Positions 1-9,126 of a stretch of 64,000 nt of DNA are shown here, in pieces. The notes under the pieces were generated by a model, which saw only the letters and a program-made list of their open reading frames with translations, had not been told where the DNA came from and searched no databases. Numbering within the stretch: position 1 is the stretch's first letter; the number at the start of each line of letters is the position of its first letter. Position numbers and translations under genes: made by a program. This stretch comes from Coraliomargarita sp. (GTDB lineage Bacteria; Verrucomicrobiota; Verrucomicrobiia; Opitutales; Coraliomargaritaceae): the NCBI GenBank assembly GCA_965216325.1, contig OZ244160.1, positions 2,144,001 to 2,208,000 on the forward strand. The letters run 5' to 3'.

Positions 1-3000
1 TATCTAAGTAGCCTTGTGGAATCTGGATCTCAAGGAGGCTTTCGTCCTCGGTGCACTTCGATGATATGCAACTCGAGTTTGAGAGTATGCCTACGACGAG
101 GCCGCTCGCGTAGTCAGGTAGATCCACGATCTGGTAGTTGCCTGACAGCAGTTCTTCGCGGAGCGGTATTTGGTCTTCCCTTAGAGTGTCACCAAAGACT
201 CGGTAGAGCTCGAATTTCTCGACTTGCATCAGTAGCTGACGAATGAACAAGCCGCGATAGATGCTACCTTCGAGAGTGTCTTTCGAGAGCAGTCCATTGA
301 CTAAGAAGTCTCGCAGGGCCTTGACCTGTTCTTTCGCTTTGGAGAGTGAGCCGCTATTGTGCTCTCCGGTTTTGACTTCGACTGGGAGCAGGTAGACGTC
401 TGTTCCTTTGAGCCCGACGAATAGAACGTCGTCGGACATCTTGCCCTTGAATTGATCATTCTGGTGATAGCGGGCGAAGTCGCTCTCGGTTATTTTCAAG
501 CCGATGTTGCCCGATACACGAACCATCTCTGCAACAGAAAGGGGGATCCAGGTGATTCCACTTTGGTTAAGCAAGCCACTTACGGTCTTCCATGCGGCAA
601 TGATACCACGACGCTCTAATTTGATTTTCTCGTTTGAGGAAACCATTTTCAGAAGCCATTCACCATTGAAGGAGTTGAACTCTCCTAATAGATGCCTGCC
701 GCTGTTGGAAAGCACTCGATTATACAGATCAACATGCCCGGTTACTGTAATTGCATCGTAGCCGGCGGAGTTGGTGTATTGGTCGGAGTAGTGGATGAGG
801 ACGACGTCACCTTCGCTATCAAAGAAGCTGAGGGTGACTTTAGGGTCGATGATCGTGGTCCAAAGTGAGCTGCGATAGCATTTTTTGAGTTGTGTGCGGA
901 AGCCGCTGCTAACTGAGAGCTGTAGGGCTGAGGAGTCTCTATAGTGCTCATTGCTCTTACGTGCAGGCATTAGCAGGTTGTTGACTAAGCGAGCAATTCG
1001 CAGGTGAGGCTTGTCCTGGCTGTCGACATTCTTGAGGCCAATAGCGGTGTAGTGGTTACCTTCGCTATGGGTTGAGGTCTCCCCGCTAAGTAGACCGTCT
1101 GCTGCGACGCCTGATTTGTGCTGCATCAGGTCGTGAGAGACTGTTGCGACCTTTTCGTTGTTCTTGTAGAACGCGATGTGACACCACTCGAACTCATCCT
1201 CCTCTTTGATGTCTGCTTCGGAGAATTTACTAAAGCTCAGTCGATTCCGGAGTAGGTCGATGATGTGATCCCCGTCGTCCCGGGATAGCGAATACCTCTC
1301 CTTGATTTTTTCATAGGAGCTCATCTCACCGAACTCTTCGAATTCAGTAATGAACTCGTCCGCACCATAGATATTGACGTGAATCGTCTGCTGCTTAGCT
1401 CGTCGCTTCTTGAGGAATTCTAGGACACCACGGAATATTTCTCGGTTTTTTCCGTTATTAAACGAATTTAGGATGAGCGGGGCTTTGTCGTCCCCCTTGA
1501 ACAGGTTGGGGAAAGTTTGCGCGAGTTCGTCAATTTTTTCGGACACTAGCCGCTCAACGTAGCTGTATGAGTTGTCTTGATGAGGGACGATCTCTAGCCA
1601 CAGCATGTTGTCTTCTCTCACCTGGGCATAACCAAATTCGTTTTCCTTTAGGAAGACGTATGGTATCAGCCCTTTCGGGTTAAGGCGCTTCAGCGTAACA
1701 GGCGGTAGGGTTTTGAAGCTGTGCTTGCTATCAGATGTTATCGACTCAGCGAGGTGTAAGTAATAGCTGAGGACGAGAGGGTGGAATGGGGTGATGAATT
1801 GCTGTCCTTCATAGGTCGCAAAGCCAAATTCCACGAGGCTGCGGTCTTTCTCTGCTAGCGGAGCCTCTTTAGTGATTCCGTTTAGTTCTGCTTCATATGC
1901 ATCGACTAGCTTCTTAACGAGGCGACGCATCTCTAGCCCCCAAGAGGCCAGTGATGGGCATGTCTTCTTATCTACGAAATATTGAAGTAGTGCTTCATAG
2001 GATGAAGCGATCTCCGGGAAGTCGCTCGTAAGCGTATCGATGCATTTGGGGTGATCGCCGCCGACGTAGCTGCGGGCTGTGATGATTGCTTCTTCTTTTT
2101 CAAGGAGGTCTCGCCGAGGCGAGGTAAGTCGACATTCTGTGTTGTCGAGGATTGCACGGCCTTTGGCTTTGAGGAAGCTGCCGTTGTAGCCATCATTGAA
2201 GAGCCGGGCAAAGCGCGTCTGATCGGTAAGCAATGGTAACTTTAGCGTATCAGTGTGGAGTTCGCCTTCGACTGATAGAGTTAATGAATGCCCGTTGGAT
2301 TGAAGGGTGAACTCGAGGTTGTCGGAGTTCTCATAGAGTGTCTCGTAATCTAACCTGCCGTAAGCATTCGCATCAATCGACTCGCCATTGGCGCCCAGTG
2401 TATAGCCATTGTTTAGCGTCGGTGATAGTTCTAGTTCTGTATCCTTCGTTTGTAGTGCTAGCTGCTGTTTACTCGGGAGAACTAGGAATTTATTCTTAAC
2501 TGCCTCAACATTGTAGACCCCGTCTTTGAGCAGAAGTATGCTAAAGCTGTAGCACTCTTTGTTTGATGGGCGGACTAGCTTGACTGAAAAGAACTCAGGC
2601 TGACCTGTATAGTTTTTCGGTGATAGGATAAGCTGCACCTTTCCTTTACCACGTCGGTAGATGTTCTTATCAATCTTGAGGGACTTGCTTTTTGTTGAGA
2701 TCTTTACCTGCTCGGGTGTTAAGTCCTGCTTTTCCGTTTCGAATTCGAATGTGATCTTCTGGGTGTCTGGGTCGTTGCCCATTAGGCAGATCAAATGCAG
2801 ATCTCTTCGCTGAGCAGGAGAGTCCCCTTTGGTTCTTGGGCCTACGATCTTACAGCCAATCTCGGCACTTGCTACTGAGAATACTAGGACATCGTCGGCC
2901 TGCTTCTTGCGCTCGGCATCTAAGGTAGAAAAGTCCAAGCTCTTCCAGTCACTGTCTTCTCCTGCAGAAATATGTTTGTTGATGAATTTTTCTCCAAATT

Positions 3001-3742
3001 CAGGAAGCCTTTCAACCACTTCAGTCGGATAGTGGTGCAATACGTCTTCGATCTTCTCCCTGAGCTTACGATTCTCTCGAAGTCGCTTATCAGTTTGTGC
3101 TGCGTTGCCTTTCCAGTTCTCGAGAAGCTCCTTGTCGTCAAAAAAACCAAGAGGCTTCAGGTCGACCTGCTTTCCTGATGTAATGGCGTCGAAGACGTCC
3201 CTGTAACCGAAAATGCTGCTTCCTTCGTCCTGAAGCAGTTGTGACTGAAGTCCAAGAATACTGTCGAGGACGGGTTTCTCCTTGATGACCGTTTCCGCAT
3301 GCTTCGAGATGCGCTTCGAGATCTCAGGGTGCGACCAGATCGATGTGTTGAGACCGTCAGAAGCCCCAAGTAACGTATCAAGAAGACTATTGTGTAGGAT
3401 CAACAGTAGTGTGCTTTCGAACGCACCCGATTGGCTTGCGACTTGGTCGCGCAACATCGAAATATAGCTCTCGGTGAAGCCAATGTCATTATCCTTGCCT
3501 GTCGCTGAGTCGCTGTGTCTGACGAAGACTAGGCGATGCTCTCCAATTTCGATGTAAGGAAGCTGTATGCCCTCATATTCGAGGGATGATGGTGCTTCTT
3601 TGAGCAGGGCTCCGTAGAGCTTCTTGCTGTCACCTGCATTTGGGAAAGGGTAGTGGTATCGTTTGCCAGCTATGGAGCTCTCATTTTGGAGCCACGAAGA
3701 CAGGATGCCGATTAGAAAATTTTCATACTGTAGGTCTGACAT
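1..3742 (-). CDS. dptH: DNA phosphorothioation-dependent restriction protein DptH/DndH, 5' ~1247 codons; runs off the left edge
   Basis: Absent from the ORF track, consistent with an ORF running off the edge. Manual translation from ATG at 3742, overlapping the dptG end, gives MSDLQYENFLIGILSSWLQNESSIAGKRYHYPFPNAGDSKKLYGALLKE, which resembles DptH N-termini. The same frame is open at the window edge (…EDESLLEIQIPQGYLD). It lies directly downstream of dptF-dptG. Confidence 0.85.
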   Translation of the reverse strand, partial: MSDLQYENFLIGILSSWLQNESSIAGKRYHYPFPNAGDSKKLYGALLKEAPSSLEYEGIQLPYIEIGEHRLVFVRHSDSATGKDNDIGFTESYISMLRDQVASQSGAFESTLLLILHNSLLDTLLGASDGLNTSIWSHPEISKRISKHAETVIKEKPVLDSILGLQSQLLQDEGSSIFGYRDVFDAITSGKQVDLKPLGFFDDKELLENWKGNAAQTDKRLRENRKLREKIEDVLHHYPTEVVERLPEFGEKFINKHISAGEDSDWKSLDFSTLDAERKKQADDVLVFSVASAEIGCKIVGPRTKGDSPAQRRDLHLICLMGNDPDTQKITFEFETEKQDLTPEQVKISTKSKSLKIDKNIYRRGKGKVQLILSPKNYTGQPEFFSVKLVRPSNKECYSFSILLLKDGVYNVEAVKNKFLVLPSKQQLALQTKDTELELSPTLNNGYTLGANGESIDANAYGRLDYETLYENSDNLEFTLQSNGHSLTLSVEGELHTDTLKLPLLTDQTRFARLFNDGYNGSFLKAKGRAILDNTECRLTSPRRDLLEKEEAIITARSYVGGDHPKCIDTLTSDFPEIASSYEALLQYFVDKKTCPSLASWGLEMRRLVKKLVDAYEAELNGITKEAPLAEKDRSLVEFGFATYEGQQFITPFHPLVLSYYLHLAESITSDSKHSFKTLPPVTLKRLNPKGLIPYVFLKENEFGYAQVREDNMLWLEIVPHQDNSYSYVERLVSEKIDELAQTFPNLFKGDDKAPLILNSFNNGKNREIFRGVLEFLKKRRAKQQTIHVNIYGADEFITEFEEFGEMSSYEKIKERYSLSRDDGDHIIDLLRNRLSFSKFSEADIKEEDEFEWCHIAFYKNNEKVATVSHDLMQHKSGVAADGLLSGETSTHSEGNHYTAIGLKNVDSQDKPHLRIARLVNNLLMPARKSNEHYRDSSALQLSVSSGFRTQLKKCYRSSLWTTIIDPKVTLSFFDSEGDVVLIHYSDQYTNSAGYDAITVTGHVDLYNRVLSNSGRHLLGEFNSFNGEWLLKMVSSNEKIKLERRGIIAAWKTVSGLLNQSGITWIPLSVAEMVRVSGNIGLKITESDFARYHQNDQFKGKMSDDVLFVGLKGTDVYLLPVEVKTGEHNSGSLSKAKEQVKALRDFLVNGLLSKDTLEGSIYRGLFIRQLLMQVEKFELYRVFGDTLREDQIPLREELLSGNYQIVDLPDYASGLVVGILSNSSCISSKCTEDESLLEIQIPQGYLD

Positions 3743-5114
3743 ATACTGCATCTCCGCTGTCGCTCATTCGTGCGATGTTGCCGATCCTTTCGAAGAAGGT
3801 GATCAGCTTAAGTTCAGATTGTTTATCAAAATAGACTCCGCGCTTTTCGAATTCGTGTAGAACTTCTTGTAGGCGTATGGATTCGCGACCTCCAATGACT
3901 AGGTTTGTTAGCAGCAAGATGTAGTCTTGGTTCATTACTAGTATCTTTCCTAGTCGCCCCCGGGATTGCGCAAAGTGCTGCGCGACTTCCTTTTCAAAAG
4001 GAGCTTTATACTTCTCCTTCATTTGATAGCGGGTGTCTTTTTCGTTTAAGCGCTGAAGGTCAAACTGGTCGATCGCATATCTGAACAGTAGCTTCAGTTT
4101 GTCCTCTAGGGACACTGATGGCATTTCGTTGCGAGGTTTCAGGTCTCGACCCGGTTTTTCAGGTGCAACGAACTTACTGGTATAGGAATCAAGTGCATTG
4201 CAGATCGATTGGATGTCTTCATCTGTTGCGCTGTTTGTAAGCTCAAAGAGTTCCCATATTGGCATTCGAGTTCCGCCGGCCTTATCTACTTCTTCATTCA
4301 GGACCTCGAGCATCGTGAGGACCGGGAATATATCACCGACGCTCCTAAGTAGGTCTTTGTAGCTCCTTGCTGCTTTTCGTTCGGTGCTACACTTCTCTGT
4401 GTCGAGAACGAAGTGTAGAGGCTTTACAGCAGGAGCACCGTGCTCCCATTCTTTGATGTTTAGAGCTAGTTGTGAACAATAGAGGAAGGTGTATAGGTTT
4501 AGGAAATTGCGTGCCTGTTCTATGAAGTAGGACGGATGCTTAAGTAAAAACGCAAAATCCTTTGCAAAGAGCTCTGCGACGAAGGGAAGGTAGGGCTCCG
4601 GCTGTCCTTCGCAGTGCTTGTCGTCTGCTTCGAGGCTAGATGTGAATTGCTCCAGTATTATCTCTTCAAAGATATTGTGATTCTGATTGTTTTTGGGAAG
4701 GTCTTTGCCGGTCTCGAGGAAGCGACCAAGTATGGACTCTAGGTGGCGTGATCCTGATGAGATATCTTTGCGACTCTTTCCAGTGCAGAGCAATTTGAAG
4801 AGCGGAGACAAGTCTTTGAGGCTACTTGCATCATTTGAGAAATATATGTCCTCGACGCATTCAGTGATTCTGTCTCCTGCTGTTTTTGTGCGAATTGTCT
4901 CTAGGCAGTCTTTCTGTAGCTCTTCTGTTGAGAATTTGGCGGGGATTTTTAAGCTGTGGTGAATGCCCACAAGCGCCCCTGTTACGTATTCTAAGTCGAA
5001 CTCCGCTCCCTTGTTTCGGTAAGGTAAATATGCACTAATGCTGTTTTTCTCGTGTGGGATTTTTTCAGCTAAACCGCAAAGCCCTTTGATCGCTGCTGTC
5101 TGTTTAGAATCCAT
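3723..5114 (-). CDS. dptG: DNA phosphorothioation-dependent restriction protein DptG/DndG
   Basis: 463 aa. YLPF…F..DF..L, LY.FLYCSQLALNI, F.QSRGR.G and the C-terminal KRGVYFD…GNI.RMSDSGDAVYV are typical of DptG. Confidence 0.9.
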   Translation of the reverse strand: MDSKQTAAIKGLCGLAEKIPHEKNSISAYLPYRNKGAEFDLEYVTGALVGIHHSLKIPAKFSTEELQKDCLETIRTKTAGDRITECVEDIYFSNDASSLKDLSPLFKLLCTGKSRKDISSGSRHLESILGRFLETGKDLPKNNQNHNIFEEIILEQFTSSLEADDKHCEGQPEPYLPFVAELFAKDFAFLLKHPSYFIEQARNFLNLYTFLYCSQLALNIKEWEHGAPAVKPLHFVLDTEKCSTERKAARSYKDLLRSVGDIFPVLTMLEVLNEEVDKAGGTRMPIWELFELTNSATDEDIQSICNALDSYTSKFVAPEKPGRDLKPRNEMPSVSLEDKLKLLFRYAIDQFDLQRLNEKDTRYQMKEKYKAPFEKEVAQHFAQSRGRLGKILVMNQDYILLLTNLVIGGRESIRLQEVLHEFEKRGVYFDKQSELKLITFFERIGNIARMSDSGDAVYVRPTV

Positions 5115-5116
5115 GT

Positions 5117-7024
5117 TTAGCTGACCTCAATTTCGTCGTATTCTTCGTTATAGTTCACTGTGAATTCATTGCGCTGATCACGGATGATAATCTCGCTATG
5201 TTTGTTTGCGGCTTGTCGAATCAACTCAACGAACTCCTCCAGTATGACCGTGGAGTCTCGGTCGTGCTTGCTTGGCTTGTAGCCATGATTAATTCGCTTA
5301 ATTAGACCGAACAAGTTGGCGTCGACCTCTAGGCTCTGTAGTGCATCTGCGTTGACCAACAGGTGGGCTCGGAACTTGCCGAAGGGTTTTATTGAATCCA
5401 GGTTCTTCGCATCCTTTTCGATCTTCTTAAGGTCTACACGTATATCCGCCTTTGATGAGAACACGTATCCGGAGATCGTCTTCAGGATGAATTCGTTCTG
5501 TCCCACTTTGTTGGGATTTAGGCGGTTTCCGTAAATCTGAAGGGCTTTGATTAAGTAGTCCTTGTAAAATTCTCTAAGGTTTCTCCGCTGATTAATGTCG
5601 CCGTCATAGTTCGTGTGTAGTCGCCAGATTTCGACGAAGTGTTCGATGTTGTCGTGTCGGAAATTACTTTGGAATTTCTGGTGGTAGTTGTTCCCGATTG
5701 GCAGATCTTGAGCGATGTAAAAGAGCCGAATCCATGAGTCTGGCGAGGTCGGGGATACTTCTAGAGTCGTCTCCAGCTCTTTGCGGAAAGTTTCGAATTC
5801 GGGTTCATCTAGTGAGAGTGTTTTATTGATGATGAACATATCGATTTCCTTCTCCCTGATTTGATGCGGGGAGAATAGGGATAGGGATTTCATCAACTCA
5901 CTGCTTCCACCGGCGAAGATGTTGTCGAATAGATAGCTTTCTCCTGCTAGAATCGAGTGAACGAAGTCCAAGAGCGTTCTGGCTGTGAGGAAAAGGTCCG
6001 ACTTTAGGCGTGCAACGAGAAGGGTGTGAATTAGTCGTTCACGTATCTCGGGTTTCTGGAGCAATTCATAATTGATCTCCAACTTACTTTTGTCGGTTGG
6101 GTTGTGTTTGCGGCTCTCTAGATATGTTCGATGGAATGGGTTCGCGTCATCTTCGTTTGCAATTCTTTCAAGCAGGGCGTCAATGAAGGGAGCTGTGATT
6201 TCGCCATCTTCCTCTTTGAATTTGGAATACAGCTCAAAGTTTACGAACTCGATATTGTCGTCGTCTTCGTCGATACGTTTTTCGAGATAGCGACAGATCG
6301 CAGTTCGAATGGCACTGTGGTCATCGGATCCTTGGTCGCAGTAGTTTGCTAGCATGCCGATATTGATGCCCACGACTAGCGGCTTTTGTTTTTCTTTGTG
6401 CTCCTGAAAGCGATCGTCGAGCGCCTGAATGGCGGTTTGATCGGGGTGGTAGCTGTGTGTGCCGTCTAAATGAAATAAGAATTGGCCTTGGTGTGTCTTC
6501 TGGAACTTCGATAATAGCTCAGACTTTCCGTCACCACTGCTGCCGCAGAGGAAGATAATCGTCTGGTCATTTGCTTCTCCTAGCTTCTCTTTGAAACTTT
6601 TTTCGATGTCGGTTTCGACGTAGAGGTATTTTTTTACTTCTTTTAGTTCTTCGGGCATCTCTGCAGCCCTGACTGCTGCTGCTGAAGACTTTGACAGTGT
6701 GTTGATTAGGTCCCGGAAGGAGAGGCGTGCGTCATTGACCGGGCGAGCTAGCTTGCTACTTTGCGCGCCGTTTTCTTGGACTTCTTTTTCTGGTAACAGG
6801 CTATATTTTCCTTCGGGACCTTCTTTGAAGTATTTGTCTTTAAACGAGTCGTCTGTGCGGACGTCTAGGCAGTGCCGGCGAGTTGCTTTGTTGACGATTG
6901 TCTCGGGGTGAGGGGTATTAAAGTCGTAGAGCTGTTTCTCTTGTATCTTTTGGGCGATTTCTCCTGTTCCCAACGGAGTTGAAGATTGTTTCAATATTGA
7001 GACGATGGCTTCTCGGACGGTCAT
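5117..7024 (-). CDS. dptF: DNA phosphorothioation-dependent restriction protein DptF/DndF with N-terminal HARE-type winged HTH
   Basis: 635 aa. LSKSS..AV, P-loop IIFLCGSSGDGKSE, FHLDGTHS, LVVGINIGML and FLTAR.LLDF match DptF. The first ~80 aa (MTVREAIVSILKQSSTPL..GEIAQKIQEKQLYDF…YF…G.YSL) resemble HARE-HTH. Confidence 0.9.
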   Translation of the reverse strand: MTVREAIVSILKQSSTPLGTGEIAQKIQEKQLYDFNTPHPETIVNKATRRHCLDVRTDDSFKDKYFKEGPEGKYSLLPEKEVQENGAQSSKLARPVNDARLSFRDLINTLSKSSAAAVRAAEMPEELKEVKKYLYVETDIEKSFKEKLGEANDQTIIFLCGSSGDGKSELLSKFQKTHQGQFLFHLDGTHSYHPDQTAIQALDDRFQEHKEKQKPLVVGINIGMLANYCDQGSDDHSAIRTAICRYLEKRIDEDDDNIEFVNFELYSKFKEEDGEITAPFIDALLERIANEDDANPFHRTYLESRKHNPTDKSKLEINYELLQKPEIRERLIHTLLVARLKSDLFLTARTLLDFVHSILAGESYLFDNIFAGGSSELMKSLSLFSPHQIREKEIDMFIINKTLSLDEPEFETFRKELETTLEVSPTSPDSWIRLFYIAQDLPIGNNYHQKFQSNFRHDNIEHFVEIWRLHTNYDGDINQRRNLREFYKDYLIKALQIYGNRLNPNKVGQNEFILKTISGYVFSSKADIRVDLKKIEKDAKNLDSIKPFGKFRAHLLVNADALQSLEVDANLFGLIKRINHGYKPSKHDRDSTVILEEFVELIRQAANKHSEIIIRDQRNEFTVNYNEEYDEIEVS

Positions 7025-7040
7025 TTTATTCGAATTGTTC

Positions 7041-7178
7041 TTATATTCGTTCCGGTGGGAGTGAAATTGGGGCGCGTGGGATCATCTGTGTCTTCAGGCA
7101 AGGAGTCAAAAAGTCCTCCACCAGATCATCCGATCCGCTTCGGTAGGAGAGCTTGAGGCTTAATTGACTGAGAGACAT
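7041..7178 (-). pseudogene. N-terminal stub of a PLD/DEAD-box helicase-type (PT-system-associated) restriction enzyme
   Basis: MSLSQLSLKLSYRSGSDDLVEDFLTPCL matches the usual start of these proteins (…SYRSG.DDLV.DFY.PCL…YDRAVGYF). Similarity stops after ~30 codons and a stop follows. Confidence 0.55.
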
Positions 7179-7356
7179 TACGATAGCTTCGCTAGGGCCG
7201 ATAAAGTAAAACCCTGAGTTAGATGACAATAGTTTAGTGAGTAGTTCTCGGATACTGGCGAATAGGGTGAATCATTCATCCGTAAGCTTTAGTCGTAAAG
7301 CGAAACGATTAGTCTTTTTGGACTAGTGGTGGCGCTAATGCCCGGTAGTAGGTAAG

Positions 7357-7387
7357 AGTGGTTAGTGGTTAGTGGTTAGTGGTTAGT
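7357..7387. repeat. Heptamer tandem repeat (AGTGGTT) x~4
   Basis: agtggttagtggttagtggttagtggttagt read directly. Confidence 0.85.
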
Positions 7388-7472
7388 TTTTAGGGATTAG
7401 GGGGAGTGGAATGATGAAACCTGAAACTTGAGAGCTGAATCGTTGCGAGATCGCCGAGGTGCGTCGTATCGC

Positions 7473-7531
7473 GTATCGCGTAAAACGCTGCGCGCACGCG
7501 ATTTGAATTGCTGGCGCACGATTGGGTTGCG
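7473..7531. repeat. Two-block dispersed repeat, copy 1 (31-bp hairpin block + 27-bp block)
   Basis: gtatcgcgtaaaacgctgcgcgcacgcgatt (7473-7503) and gaattgctggcgcacgattgggttgcg (7505-7531) recur exactly at 8982-9012 and 9037-9063. Confidence 0.85.
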
Positions 7532-7549
7532 GTGCGCCACGCGATCTGG

Positions 7550-7583
7550 GATTAGGATTACGAGTAGGATTAAGAATAAGAGT
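7550..7583. repeat. 34-bp hexamer-based repeat; inverted copy at 10563-10596
   Basis: gattaggattacgagtaggattaagaataagagt differs by one base from the reverse complement of 10563-10596. Confidence 0.8.
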
Positions 7584-7694
7584 TTTGGAGGGGCGCCACC
7601 CCGTCTCACAAGCGATCCCCCTGTTTCGCCTAGCTACGCAGGGCAGGCTGCCTCCATGGCAACTTCGACAGGCTCATTTCAGAAAGGATGTGAG

Positions 7695-8819
7695 TTAGGG
7701 GAGCGTGGTGGGTTTTGTCGTGTAGTGGCTGAACTCGTTGGGGGACTCGGTGAGGAGTGTCATGAGTTTGGGGTGCACGAAGAGTTTTTCCTTTCCGGAC
7801 TGTTGTTCTCGTAGGACGCCAATGTCGCAAAGTTGCTTGAGATAGACAGAGGCGGTTTGGCGCTTGGCGATGTCGCGCTCGACGAGGTTGTGTATCCGGC
7901 AATAGGGTTGCTCGAAGATACACTCGACGAGTTCGTGGCTGTAGATCTTGGGCAGCTGCTGGCGCACGTAGTCGCGTGTGTGGCGCACCAGTGCGCGCAT
8001 GGCGGTTATTTTGCCCAAGGTCCAACTGGCGGTGTCGGCGACGGCGTGCAGGATATAGAGGATCCAGTTTTGCCAGTCTTGCTGGCTGGTTACGGCAAGC
8101 AGCGTGCGATAATAGGCGCGCTTGTTTTCGAGAATGTAGCGACTGAGGTAAAGGATGGGTAGTGTGAGTAGTTGTTGGTCGATTAGGTAGAGCAGATTCA
8201 GAATGCGGCCCGTGCGGCCGTTTCCATCTTCGAAGGGGTGAATGGCTTCGAATTGATAGTGGCTAACCGCCATTTTGATGAGCGGATCGAGGGCATCATC
8301 GGCATTGAGGAACTGCTCCCAGTTGGCGAGTTGATCGCGGAGCAGTTCTTCGCCGATTGGGGGCGTGTAGGTCACCTGCCCACTGGCTTGATTCATGAGC
8401 GCGACGCCGGAACTCTTCCGAATGTCCATGGGGCGGCCCTTGATTGTGCTGCAGACCTCGACGGCGGTGTTGGTCGTGAGCGGTCGCTTGGCGAGAGCGA
8501 GATAGCCCTTATGCAGCGCGGTGCGATAGCGCAGAGCCTCTTTGGTGGCGGCATCGGCCTGGTTATCTTGTTCCGAATGGCGAAACAGGGCATCACTGGT
8601 GGTGACGATGTTTTCGATTTCGGAACTATCCTTCGCTTCGAGTAGTGGTAGCAGGTTGATCAGTAGGGCTTGATTCGGAATGAGTTCGCCAGCTTGTTTG
8701 AGCTCGGCCAGTGCACTGCGGGCAGTAATGCAGGCTTTTAGAATCGATACGGTCTCTAGATCCGCCTTCGGGGGGAGGGGCGGCAATTCATTGAAGGGTG
8801 CTTCGGGCGACCAAGTCAT
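7695..8819 (-). CDS. fic: Fic-family protein adenylyltransferase (Fic_N + Fic + C-terminal HTH; SoFic-like)
   Basis: 374 aa. Catalytic [12 protein letters not shown], inhibitory SSEIENI motif, and C-terminal [21 protein letters not shown]. Confidence 0.92.
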   Translation of the reverse strand: MTWSPEAPFNELPPLPPKADLETVSILKACITARSALAELKQAGELIPNQALLINLLPLLEAKDSSEIENIVTTSDALFRHSEQDNQADAATKEALRYRTALHKGYLALAKRPLTTNTAVEVCSTIKGRPMDIRKSSGVALMNQASGQVTYTPPIGEELLRDQLANWEQFLNADDALDPLIKMAVSHYQFEAIHPFEDGNGRTGRILNLLYLIDQQLLTLPILYLSRYILENKRAYYRTLLAVTSQQDWQNWILYILHAVADTASWTLGKITAMRALVRHTRDYVRQQLPKIYSHELVECIFEQPYCRIHNLVERDIAKRQTASVYLKQLCDIGVLREQQSGKEKLFVHPKLMTLLTESPNEFSHYTTKPTTLP

Positions 8820-8924
8820 GTTTATATTCTATTGAAAAATCGACACGTTTCAGTTTGGTGTCGATGCCGTCGACATGGCAAGTCTTATATGTTTAAAATG
8901 TTGCCCTAAATCGACATGACTTGG
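8811..8924. promoter_or_regulatory. Putative operator array upstream of fic
   Basis: Four TCGACA(C/T) half-sites: atcgacac…gtgtcgat as an inverted pair, gtcgacatg and aaatcgacatg. An outer inverted pair, ccaagtcatgt (8811-8821) / acatgacttgg (8914-8924), covers the start codon. Confidence 0.45.
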
Positions 8925-8981
8925 GTGGGGTTGCACTGTTTGGTGCAATGCTAAATGGTGTACTCGGGTGCGTTGCGTCGG

Positions 8982-9063
8982 GTATCGCGTAAAACGCTGC
9001 GCGCACGCGATTGGGGGCTACTCTGGCGTGGGTTTAGAATTGCTGGCGCACGATTGGGTTGCG
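8982..9063. repeat. Two-block dispersed repeat, copy 2
   Basis: Exact copies of the 7473-7503 and 7505-7531 blocks, with a longer spacer between them. Confidence 0.85.
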
Positions 9064-9126
9064 ATCGGCCATGTGATTGAGCCGAAGTTGACAGGGGCTG
9101 CCTTGGTTCTAGGGTGTGCGTTTCCT

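Noticed and set aside
16..3467. Many short ORFs on both strands
   Set aside because: All lie within the inferred long dptH reading frame, which the track omits because it runs off the edge.
8968..9126. N-terminal extensions of track ORFs (also at hisH, gltA, accB, trpB, ridA, GIY-YIG)
   Set aside because: The extensions run through repeats or neighbouring genes; downstream starts fit the family N-termini better.
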